A stretch of 63,376 nucleotides of DNA, counting the filler, from Aduncisulcus paluster (Eukaryota), in assembly GCA_024181965.1 (NCBI GenBank). It is 5 parts of 5 records of this genome, joined end to end, with 100 filler letters (N's around TTAATTAATTAA, not from the genome) between each part and the next. Parts side by side here need not be neighbours in the genome. Positions count along the whole stretch, not along the records: positions 1 to 25,225 come from BQXS01011042.1; 4 more parts are not named here. One strand, written 5' to 3'. This document shows, one piece after another, positions 1 to 8,910 of this stretch; within the stretch, counting starts at the first letter, position 1, and each line of letters opens with the position of its first letter. Both the position numbers and the translations under genes were made by a program. The notes below the pieces were generated by a model, which was not told the origin of the DNA, did not search any database, and saw only the letters and a list, made by a program, of their open reading frames with translations.

Positions 1-2
1 TA

Positions 3-572
3 GAAGAAGAACTTAAGCTACGATGTTCTTTTGAAGAGATTAAGAAGAATCTCCGAAAGAAAGCATCATTAATAACTTCTAAGGGGGCTAAAGTAGGCCG
101 TCGGAGGAGAGGATATGATGAATCTGCTGATGACGATGAATTTAGTGATTATATAGCTGAGAAGGAGCAAAGAAAGAAAGATGACTTGTATGGAAGGAAA
201 CATAAGAAAGCAAAGAGAGAGAAGAAGCAAAGACAAAAGAAGAAATCGATAGGAATTGATGCATCTGAGAACTCTGATTCATTACAGGTAGATTTCACTC
301 TTTTGCTTGACGATGAAGAAGATGGGGATGAAGCATTTGGATTTGATGATGAATTCGATGAGATTATGAAACGAGGCCAGGAAAAAATGGAACAGAAGAA
401 GAGCAAGACTGCCAAGATTGGTGGAATAGAGAAGAAAGGAAAAGAAGAGAAAGAAGATCATAAAAAGGTGCAAAACATTGATGAATTAGTAGAAAAGGCC
501 AAAATCCAAAGCCTAGAGATGGAAGAAGAAGATGATGATGACGAAGGAGGTTTTGAAGATATTTTTTCGTGA
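3..572 (+). CDS. 3' part of a gene encoding a Lys/Glu/Asp-rich low-complexity C-terminus (5' end outside the window)
   Basis: Frame is open from position 3 (EEELKLRCSFEEIKKNLRKK...) to TGA at 570-572. The listed ORF start at 186 is an internal TTG. Confidence 0.75.
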   Translation, partial: EEELKLRCSFEEIKKNLRKKASLITSKGAKVGRRRRGYDESADDDEFSDYIAEKEQRKKDDLYGRKHKKAKREKKQRQKKKSIGIDASENSDSLQVDFTLLLDDEEDGDEAFGFDDEFDEIMKRGQEKMEQKKSKTAKIGGIEKKGKEEKEDHKKVQNIDELVEKAKIQSLEMEEEDDDDEGGFEDIFS

Positions 573-864
573 TACAAAGAATCAAGTATTAAAGTTTTAT
601 AAAATGAATGTCATTGAATATTATCTTTCGGATGGAAAAATTCTAACCATTTATAATCAATCTCCTGTCAGTGGATGAATGTTTTCTGTTTTTTCCTAGT
701 TCGATCAATATTCAAAGAATTTAAGCATTATATCATAAATAAAATCATTTCAATTGGTGTCATATTGTATTTAAATTATATTTTATCACTTCAGGGAAGA
801 ATGATCCAAAGAAATTCGCTTTTCTCGACAATATTTAAATTCTTATTTTTATTAACTTTGGCTA

Positions 865-3800
865 ATGCATTTCTGTAGTTATTTACTACTTATTTTAGCC
901 ATTATATGTTCTGTAATGTGTACAGTCGATGTGTCCCACCTGTTTTTGACTTCAGATGGCAATTTACAGAGAGTTGACTTACTTACAGGTGAATACATGT
1001 GGAAAATAAGTATGGGGCATCCATTAGTACATATATTACGAAATGAAAAAGATTTTATTCTTAATTATAACGGAGAAATATTTCTAAATGATAAATCATA
1101 TGGTAGATTAATTGAATTGGGTGTTAACATCCCATTAATTGCTAGTTCCGGGCCAGTGCGTGTGGAAACATTAATTGGTGAGACCATTTTTAGCGTAGAT
1201 TCCTCTTCCCATTCCTCATATCTCCCTATCTCAGAGCTAGATATCAAATATTACAATCAGCAAACGGCCAAAAAACGAAGTGATTTCTATTCAGAGCCAT
1301 ATGATGACTTAGATAGCTCATATTATACTGAATTTGACGAATATATTGATATGAATGATATGACATCGTCTTCTCCTTCTCCATCTGCAGATAATTCAAG
1401 GTCTAACGTTACCAATTCCTCTGATTTCACCCCGATGAGTACATTTACCGACGAATCTATTGTATCACTCTCCGATATTCAATCTCCTTTCCTTCTGACA
1501 AAGAACTTCTATCATTTCACTGCTCTTTCCTCCGAAGGTGATGTGTTCTTCGAAGGCATGTTAATGATTGTTTCTATCAATGGACAAAGTGTTAATGTGC
1601 AGAGTGGACCGTTCATTCCTCTCTCTGAACATTCTGTTATCAATGACCTTGAGTATCTGTTGGGAAAGAAGGAATCATACAACTCAAGTCGAAAAACAAA
1701 CAACACATTTTCATCAATATACGAAGAATCGGAAGAATATAACCCTTTGAAGGATCAAGAAACAAGCATAATGGTATTCGGGAGTGTGAAAGACCCCAGT
1801 GTAATGGTGAGGGATACTTTAACCCAGAAAACCATTTGGATCAAGGATTATCAGTGCTCGTATTCATCGGCTAAGCATAACTCTAATAACACAGAGAACG
1901 ATGGTTCAAGGACAGACATCAACTTCAATGAAACTCCTGTCTTGGTCGGAGTCTTTTCGATTCATTCTCATCGTTCAACAAGCTCTAGGGAACCGACATT
2001 ACGTGATTTTGCTCTGTTTCATCCATTAGTGGGTCGGTTTGTTGATCTTTACGACGAGGAAACTCGATCCATATCAGCATCCCCTGTTAACTCTTTTATT
2101 GAGCATTTTGGATCTGATGGTTCTCCTGCTTCATTTATGGCCTCAAATTCTACCCTAACCCTTTCGAATGGCGGAATTGGCACAATGGATCATCCCTTGG
2201 AAACGACTGATATCGCCATGCAACCCTCAGGCACCTCAAATGGCTCAGATTCCTTCAGATATCTTAATAACCCTGGGCATTCAAGAAATTCATCCGTGCA
2301 CCATCGGACAATGCATTCAGTGAACTCTCCTTCTGACCTTGCCACAAGGACCATTGTTGCTCATGATCTTCAAGATAACACTCCCGTCTTCGAGTGGATT
2401 CCAGAGGATTCATCAGGCTCCATGATTAAACACATGAATGGTAATAATAATAATAATAATAATAATGCTAATGATGCTAATAATGGATATTCATTTCAAG
2501 GGAATACAACTCCTCAATGTTCTTCTGAATCATTCTCGATGGCAGCCCAACTCCCATCGAGTGCACTCTCAGCTCTGCCACCTTTCTCTATCATTAAGGG
2601 CAATGTAGCACTGTGCGTTGTGCGTGAAACCGTTGCAATCGTAAAGAAGAAAGGATCGCCGTTATTCGTACGTGATTTTTCTCTTCCGAAGGCTCCAATC
2701 GAGTTGATATTCACCCATATAAAGCCAGAGACTCAGAGGATGTTACAAAACACAGGTCTTCCATTTGCTCATTTCCTCGGTCAGCAACTACCATCCATCC
2801 GAAGGCTTGAGAATCACCTAAATATAGGTTCCAGTGTCGATGTTGTGAATGGCACCGGTATCAGTGGTGGTGGCAATGCTCCGACTCCCTTTTTAATCCC
2901 AGGATCCCCCAACCAACTCCTTGATCCATCTGTTCATTATCCTGTTGTCCCCACTTCTCGTTTCTCAGCTAATACGTGGATGACCCTGGTGCTTATATTT
3001 CTCGGGATACTGATTGGAATTGGCTTTGTCGCCCTGTTGATGTCATTAGGCAGGAAAAGGAAGAGGAGAGGCTTCGGTGAAGGTTCAAAGAATCATTCCA
3101 GTGGGGATGGTAAGAATCATCATTCATCATCGATGAGTTTTGGACTATCTATTGGAGGATTTGAGATGGGTTTGTTGAGAGATGGACTACGAGAAGCTTA
3201 TGACGGGATTGGTGAAATGATCAGAGAGGTATGGATGTGGATTGTACGGATGTTAACTGTAATATTGAAGAGTCCTGGACTGGGCATTAAGAGCATTGGG
3301 GAACGGTTAAAAAAGAAAAGGGAACATGAACATTCGCTGAGAGAAAAAGAGAAAGCAAAACTGCAAAAGAAGGAAAGAATAGAACGTGAAAAACGTGAAA
3401 GAGAAGAAAGAGAAAGAAGAACGAAAGAAGACAAGAGAAAACGGGAAGAAGAGAAAAGGATACAACTTGAATTGGAACAAGAGGGTAAAAGAAAGCTTGA
3501 AGCTCTCAGGACACAAGAAAAGATCAGAAAAATGAAAGAAATGGTTAAACTTCACTCCTCGGCAACATTATCAGAGACTGAGTCTACTTTTATCGATGAT
3601 TCTTTCCTCTCTACGATTCGTATCCTTAGAAATGAAGTATCTTCCTCTCTATCTCCCTATTTGTCCCATAGTTTCTTACCACACAAGAACTTGCTTGCTC
3701 TTTTGTCCATATTCCTTGATTATATCCAACCTTCCTCCTCTTCCTCCTCTTCTGCTATTCGTCCTCTGACTCCTCCTCTCTTCTTCCCATTCCTTCTCCC

Positions 3801-6800
3801 ATCAGCTAATACTGTAGTCCTTCCATTTGAAATTGGAAGAGGAGGAGGAGGCACCGTGGTCTTTGTTGGAATGAGGAATGGAGAGTTTGTTGCTGTAAAG
3901 CGTGTAATTGGTACCATTTCGAAAGATATTCACAACACTATCACTCATCCAATATCCTCCTCAACCCATCATAAAGCAGGAAAAGATGTTCATGGAGATC
4001 AGACAAAGCCAAAGCCTCTGGATACAGAAGCAGATATAACGGAAGATCTTCCACTAACCATAGAAGCAAAGCTGTCCCGTGTTGCTAAGAGAGAACGCAA
4101 TATTATTGCTCACATGAGAGGTGTTGACGGCATTGCACATGTCCATGGAGTGTTTCCATCGGGAATTTATTCATATATTGTGATGGATCTCTACTGTGTG
4201 ACTTTGGATACATTTGTTAACGTCATGTTCACAAAGCGTAGGTTTCCATTCCACATATCCTTGCATAAGGCTTCAATGAGTACGGACAGTGATGTATATG
4301 AATACTTCAGAGAAACCGTCAGAGGTATCTTGGCCGAGCCTCTTATTATGGGAAGATCTTTACTTTCTTCTCCTCCAATTGGTAGGGCCTCCCATGGTAT
4401 AAAACATGCTCATTCTGTCAATCCAATGACTCTTTCGCTTGCAAACCAGTTTCTTCTGTCCCTGGCTCATACTCATATGCATGGAGTGTGTCATCGAGAC
4501 GTTAAACCTCAAAATATACTTATAAAACCGATTACTNNNNNNNNNNNNNNNNNNNNTGGAGTGTTTCCATCGGGAATTTATTCATATATTGTGATGGATC
4601 TCTACTGTGTGACTTTGGATACATTTGTTAACGTCATGTTCACAAAGCGTAGGTTTCCATTCCACATATCCTTGCATAAGGCTTCAATGAGTACGGACAG
4701 TGATGTATATGAATACTTCAGAGAAACCGTCAGAGGTATCTTGGCCGAGCCTCTTATTATGGGAAGATCTTTACTTTCTTCTCCTCCAATTGGTAGGGCC
4801 TCCCATGGTATAAAACATGCTCATTCTGTCAATCCAATGACTCTTTCGCTTGCAAACCAGTTTCTTCTGTCCCTGGCTCATACTCATATGCATGGAGTGT
4901 TTCCATCGGGAATTTATTCATATATTGTGATGGATCTCTACTGTGTGACTTTGGATACATTTGTTAACGTCATGTTCACAAAGCGTAGGTTTCCATTCCA
5001 CATATCCTTGCATAAGGCTTCAATGAGTACGGACAGTGATGTATATGAATACTTCAGAGAAACCGTCAGAGGTATCTTGGCCGAGCCTCTTATTATGGGA
5101 AGATCTTTACTTTCTTCTCCTCCAATTGGTAGGGCCTCCCATGGTATAAAACATGCTCATTCTGTCAATCCAATGACTCTTTCGCTTGCAAACCAGTTTC
5201 TTCTGTCCCTGGCTCATACTCATATGCATGGAGTGTGTCATCNNNNNNNNNNNNNNNNNNNNCATGGAGTGTTTCCATCGGGAATTTATTCATATATTGT
5301 GATGGATCTCTACTGTGTGACTTTGGATACATTTGTTAACGTCATGTTCACAAAGCGTAGGTTTCCATTCCACATATCCTTGCATAAGGCTTCAATGAGT
5401 ACGGACAGTGATGTATATGAATACTTCAGAGAAACCGTCAGAGGTATCTTGGCCGAGCCTCTTATTATGGGAAGATCTTTACTTTCTTCTCCTCCAATTG
5501 GTAGGGCCTCCCATGGTATAAAACATGCTCATTCTGTCAATCCAATGACTCTTTCGCTTGCAAACCAGTTTCTTCTGTCCCTGGCTCATACTCATATGCA
5601 TGGAGTGTGTCATCGAGACGTTAAACCTCAAAATATACTTATAAAACCGATTACTCTGTCATCAACGATCGATTCACACTCCTCTAAACCAGTTTCTTCA
5701 CCTTCTTCTCTTGTCAGTGCTAAGAAAGAGCCATCGGTTGAATGGAAACTCGTGCTGTCCGATTTTGGACTCTCTTCTTCTTTCAATACATCTCATTCTT
5801 TCTCATTTTCTATATTTGGAACCTATGGATGGCGTGCTCCAGAGGTTATTCGAGGTGAGAAGATATATGATCAGCGTCAAAGTGATATTTTCAGTGCTGG
5901 ATGTGTTGTGTTCTTCATGTTTACAAACCATCATTTGTTTGGTGGAGAAAAGGAAAGAGAAGACAACATCGAACAACAACAGTTATTGGATTCGTCTTGT
6001 TCTTCCTCTGTATCTCAAACAAATCCCCATAAGCAAAAGAAAGACTCAAGCTCTGACTCTTCTGTTATAGAACAAAAAGGAGATGATTCACATACCAAAA
6101 GTTCCTCTGAAGGTCATGAGTCTCATTCAACAGTTTCTAGCTCTTCAACTTCTTCTCATCTTTCTCCTTTACTCACTCTTCCGGCATTCTCAAGGAAATT
6201 CCTCATTCAGCATCCTCTATTGTGTGATATGGTCCTCCTTATGACCAATCCAAACCCTCTATTACGTCCCAGTGTAACCCAATGTCTATCTCATCCATTC
6301 ATGTGGAATGATAGGAAAAAGATCAATCTTTTACTTGCTGTGAGTGAGATGAGTGTTGTCCATGAGGATATCCTCGAAGAGTTTGGTGACATCGTGTACG
6401 GAAAGATGGAGAAATACATTGAACGTTTGGAGAAGGATATGAAGGATATGAAGGATATGAGGGACCATTCTAAGGCTTCTGATATATCTTCTCCTTCTGT
6501 CTCCTCCTCTTCTTCTGCTTCATTGACAGTGTCACCATCTGTGGGTATATGTGGGAGTGTTGTACACGGTATGAATTGGTTTAAGCGATTAACTCCCTCT
6601 CTTCAACGAGATATTATGACAATAACATCAAAGAAGCATCGAAGGTACAATCATCACTGCATAAAAGATTTAATTCGATATATTAGGAACAAATATCACC
6701 ATTTCAAGGAACTTGACGAATCCGTCCAGAAAGAAATCGGACATGAGGCTTCAGAGTTTCTTGGATATTTCTCACAAATGTTCCCAGGAGTAACATTGGC

Positions 6801-6873
6801 CTGCTATTTATGCGCCAAGAAGAATTTCTCATCAGATAAGACCTTTGGAGAGTTCTTTGAAATATTGAAATAA
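865..6873 (+). CDS. IRE1: IRE1-like ER transmembrane Ser/Thr kinase-endoribonuclease; about 1629 aa after collapsing the 1119 bp of duplicated and gap sequence
   Basis: Signal peptide; luminal beta-repeat-like start (LTSDGNLQRVDLLTGEYMW); TM helix (WMTLVLIFLGILIGIGFVALLM); kinase motifs GRGGGGTVVFVG, VAVKR, HRDVKPQNILI, SDFGL, GTYGWRAPE, SDIFSAGC; C-terminal KEN/RNase motif DLIRYIRNKYHHFKEL...FLGYFSQMFP. Confidence 0.93.
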   Translation: MHFCSYLLLILAIICSVMCTVDVSHLFLTSDGNLQRVDLLTGEYMWKISMGHPLVHILRNEKDFILNYNGEIFLNDKSYGRLIELGVNIPLIASSGPVRVETLIGETIFSVDSSSHSSYLPISELDIKYYNQQTAKKRSDFYSEPYDDLDSSYYTEFDEYIDMNDMTSSSPSPSADNSRSNVTNSSDFTPMSTFTDESIVSLSDIQSPFLLTKNFYHFTALSSEGDVFFEGMLMIVSINGQSVNVQSGPFIPLSEHSVINDLEYLLGKKESYNSSRKTNNTFSSIYEESEEYNPLKDQETSIMVFGSVKDPSVMVRDTLTQKTIWIKDYQCSYSSAKHNSNNTENDGSRTDINFNETPVLVGVFSIHSHRSTSSREPTLRDFALFHPLVGRFVDLYDEETRSISASPVNSFIEHFGSDGSPASFMASNSTLTLSNGGIGTMDHPLETTDIAMQPSGTSNGSDSFRYLNNPGHSRNSSVHHRTMHSVNSPSDLATRTIVAHDLQDNTPVFEWIPEDSSGSMIKHMNGNNNNNNNNANDANNGYSFQGNTTPQCSSESFSMAAQLPSSALSALPPFSIIKGNVALCVVRETVAIVKKKGSPLFVRDFSLPKAPIELIFTHIKPETQRMLQNTGLPFAHFLGQQLPSIRRLENHLNIGSSVDVVNGTGISGGGNAPTPFLIPGSPNQLLDPSVHYPVVPTSRFSANTWMTLVLIFLGILIGIGFVALLMSLGRKRKRRGFGEGSKNHSSGDGKNHHSSSMSFGLSIGGFEMGLLRDGLREAYDGIGEMIREVWMWIVRMLTVILKSPGLGIKSIGERLKKKREHEHSLREKEKAKLQKKERIEREKREREERERRTKEDKRKREEEKRIQLELEQEGKRKLEALRTQEKIRKMKEMVKLHSSATLSETESTFIDDSFLSTIRILRNEVSSSLSPYLSHSFLPHKNLLALLSIFLDYIQPSSSSSSSAIRPLTPPLFFPFLLPSANTVVLPFEIGRGGGGTVVFVGMRNGEFVAVKRVIGTISKDIHNTITHPISSSTHHKAGKDVHGDQTKPKPLDTEADITEDLPLTIEAKLSRVAKRERNIIAHMRGVDGIAHVHGVFPSGIYSYIVMDLYCVTLDTFVNVMFTKRRFPFHISLHKASMSTDSDVYEYFRETVRGILAEPLIMGRSLLSSPPIGRASHGIKHAHSVNPMTLSLANQFLLSLAHTHMHGVCHRDVKPQNILIKPITXXXXXXXGVFPSGIYSYIVMDLYCVTLDTFVNVMFTKRRFPFHISLHKASMSTDSDVYEYFRETVRGILAEPLIMGRSLLSSPPIGRASHGIKHAHSVNPMTLSLANQFLLSLAHTHMHGVFPSGIYSYIVMDLYCVTLDTFVNVMFTKRRFPFHISLHKASMSTDSDVYEYFRETVRGILAEPLIMGRSLLSSPPIGRASHGIKHAHSVNPMTLSLANQFLLSLAHTHMHGVCHXXXXXXXHGVFPSGIYSYIVMDLYCVTLDTFVNVMFTKRRFPFHISLHKASMSTDSDVYEYFRETVRGILAEPLIMGRSLLSSPPIGRASHGIKHAHSVNPMTLSLANQFLLSLAHTHMHGVCHRDVKPQNILIKPITLSSTIDSHSSKPVSSPSSLVSAKKEPSVEWKLVLSDFGLSSSFNTSHSFSFSIFGTYGWRAPEVIRGEKIYDQRQSDIFSAGCVVFFMFTNHHLFGGEKEREDNIEQQQLLDSSCSSSVSQTNPHKQKKDSSSDSSVIEQKGDDSHTKSSSEGHESHSTVSSSSTSSHLSPLLTLPAFSRKFLIQHPLLCDMVLLMTNPNPLLRPSVTQCLSHPFMWNDRKKINLLLAVSEMSVVHEDILEEFGDIVYGKMEKYIERLEKDMKDMKDMRDHSKASDISSPSVSSSSSASLTVSPSVGICGSVVHGMNWFKRLTPSLQRDIMTITSKKHRRYNHHCIKDLIRYIRNKYHHFKELDESVQKEIGHEASEFLGYFSQMFPGVTLACYLCAKKNFSSDKTFGEFFEILK
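2443..2466 (+). repeat. (AAT)n microsatellite encoding poly-Asn in the IRE1 luminal region
   Basis: Run of aataataat read directly from the sequence. Confidence 0.9.
4144..5655 (+). repeat. Four apparently identical copies of a 336-bp IRE1 kinase segment around two 20-N gaps; probable assembly artefact
   Basis: Copies start at 4144, about 4557, 4891 and 5263. N-gaps lie at 4537-4556 and 5243-5262. The unit is bounded by the 10-mer CATGGAGTGT (4144 and 4480). Confidence 0.9.
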
Positions 6874-6898
6874 AACAGTGACTATTGCTAACAACTAT

Positions 6899-7250
6899 TT
6901 ATCCATGAGAATTGTACAGATTCATGCTTCGATAAATCAAGAGCGGCTCGGATACTCCCAATTGAATACAAGAAAGAAAGAATGTTTGGTTCGAGGGTGT
7001 GCTCGGTAGTTTATCCTTGGAGTATGAGAAACTATTTCTTCGTGGTATAGCTTTGACATATAACATATGACAGCTCCATTCCAAAGATAAGGAACACAGA
7101 GCACAAATCTCAGTATCAGATGATCAGGATCTGGCATTGGAGCATTGGAGTTGGAGTTGGAATTCGGGGAGGAGGAAATGTCGTGTTCCATGAAGCATCA
7201 GGGGATTAGATTCGTAGCAGTATACAGACACATGTATACCATCGTATTCC
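6899..7250 (-). pseudogene. Degenerate 5' fragment of a gene paired head-to-head with the 7718 gene; start region homologous to about 32480-32535
   Basis: Minus strand gaatctaatcccctgatgcttca matches gaatctaacccacactgatgcttca near 32506. Only short broken ORFs follow. Confidence 0.4.
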
Positions 7251-8910
7251 GAGTTCTTGATATTTTTGATTGTAAGCAAAAGCAAGTGAAAATAAACAGA
7301 AAGGCAAGGATAAGGATAGAAATGAAATGGAAATATATCCATGTTATTGAATGGCATTGAAATCGTTCATAAATGTTCTTAACACGTGAAATGGAACTAT
7401 ATCCAGTCCTGAGGGGTCTCCAAAAGCCTGAGATATCGAGAATAAACATGGAAATGAAAATAAAACATGTTTTTATCATTTATCGGCATTTAACTTGTTT
7501 ATATGTGTTTTTTTAAATTTCCAAGCTTATCTATTGAAGGTTTGATGTTCAGTCCTCCATTTTTTCTTGGCTTATAAACAAATTGTATGTTTTCTATGTG
7601 TTGCATCTTTTATTAAATGCATATTAAGAAATATTTTAACCGGATTCATTCATTATTCTGCTTGTTTTTATTTTTTAGATAAGAAATTCTATCTCTATCA
7701 TAGATTGAATCATTCAAATGGGTTGCGTTGAAAGTGTTCCTCAGTCTTTTCATGTAGGAAATACAGATGCTGTTATTCAAACAAATTCTATCTCTATTCA
7801 AATGAGTTCATCCACAGATGCTGTTATTCAAACTGTGGAACCTGAGTTTGTTCATGAAGGAGATGAGGAATGCTGTCCAATTCCTCGAGATGCCCCCAAT
7901 ATTAAGAGTGCAGAGTTTCCAACTATAAAAGCAATAGATGAAACCAAGGAAGAAGGTGATGAAAAGTACGATCAGAGTTCTGAAGCACAAGATATGATGA
8001 CAGGAGAGTGGAATGATGGACAATTTACCCATATCTCCATTCCTTTCTCTTCATCTTCCCCAATGAAAGGGGCTTATATCTGTCTATCAAGCTATTTTTC
8101 TTCAGACTCACCTCCATCACACCTTATCTTCACTCTCACATCTTCAAAGGGTGCTAAAACAAAAAATACGAATTTCCTGAATTTCAATATATTTATTGGT
8201 ATTTCCTACCTGTTGATCTCCCGGATGTTGTTCTGTGTGAGATTACAGGGAAAGGAAGGGAAGTAGGGTGTTTTAAAATCATCTCCCAATATTTTAGAAT
8301 CCTCTCCCTTGTTTTCATTAGTAGAGAAGAAACTCCTGAAGAAATCAAAGCTCGTGAAGCCAGAGAGAAACTATGGTCTGAAGCTCCAGTTGTGAAAGCA
8401 AAGTTTGTTTGGGAAGGAGATAGAGATTGTATTCCCATTCCACGAGATGATCCAAAGGTTGTTGATCCTTCATTCTCAGTGGTTAAGTGCAAGATTGATT
8501 TGTATAGCAAGGAATCTAAGTTTTATGATTTGAGTTCAAAAGCACAAAAAATGTTAAAAGGGGAAGAATTTGAATGGGAAGAAGAAGATGAATGGGAAGA
8601 TGGTGTCCTCCCCTTAACCCATCTTTCCATCCCTTTCCCATCACCTAGTCCAATGAAAGGTGCATATATATGTGTGGATAATGAATATGGTATGTATTAT
8701 AGTTCACTCATTCTTCTCTTCACTTTCACTGATTGTGATGGTAAGAAGACATTCAAGAAGTATGAATTCACACAACCTGAACATAATTATGAATGGCACT
8801 TCCTTCCTATTGATTTGGATAATGTTGTATTGTGTGAGATTGAAGGGAAAATAACGTATGGAGAGGAGAGTCATCGATTTGTCTCCATCTGCTCCCTTGT
8901 TTTCCTTCGA
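7190..8910 (+). repeat. Dispersed cassette, copy A: shared divergent promoter region, 5'-UTR intron and two tandem 'PIPRD' domains; inverted homolog at about 31015-32535
   Basis: Alignable by eye in non-coding DNA (e.g. tcatttctatcctt.tccttgcctttc.gtt.attttcacttgcttttgctt.caatcaaaaatatcaag; aaacaaattgtatgttt...catcttttattaaa) and in coding DNA. Confidence 0.9.
7585..7678 (+). other. Putative 5'-UTR spliceosomal intron (94 nt)
   Basis: GTATGT donor and ttttttAG acceptor. Both ends are conserved in cassette copy B (32265..32088, minus strand) while the intron length differs. Confidence 0.6.

Noticed and set aside
149-473. Numerous 60-210 aa antisense or alternate-frame ORFs rich in F/S/L here and throughout the window
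   Set aside because: They are shadows of Glu/Lys/Arg-rich or Ser-rich sense genes with no independent motifs.
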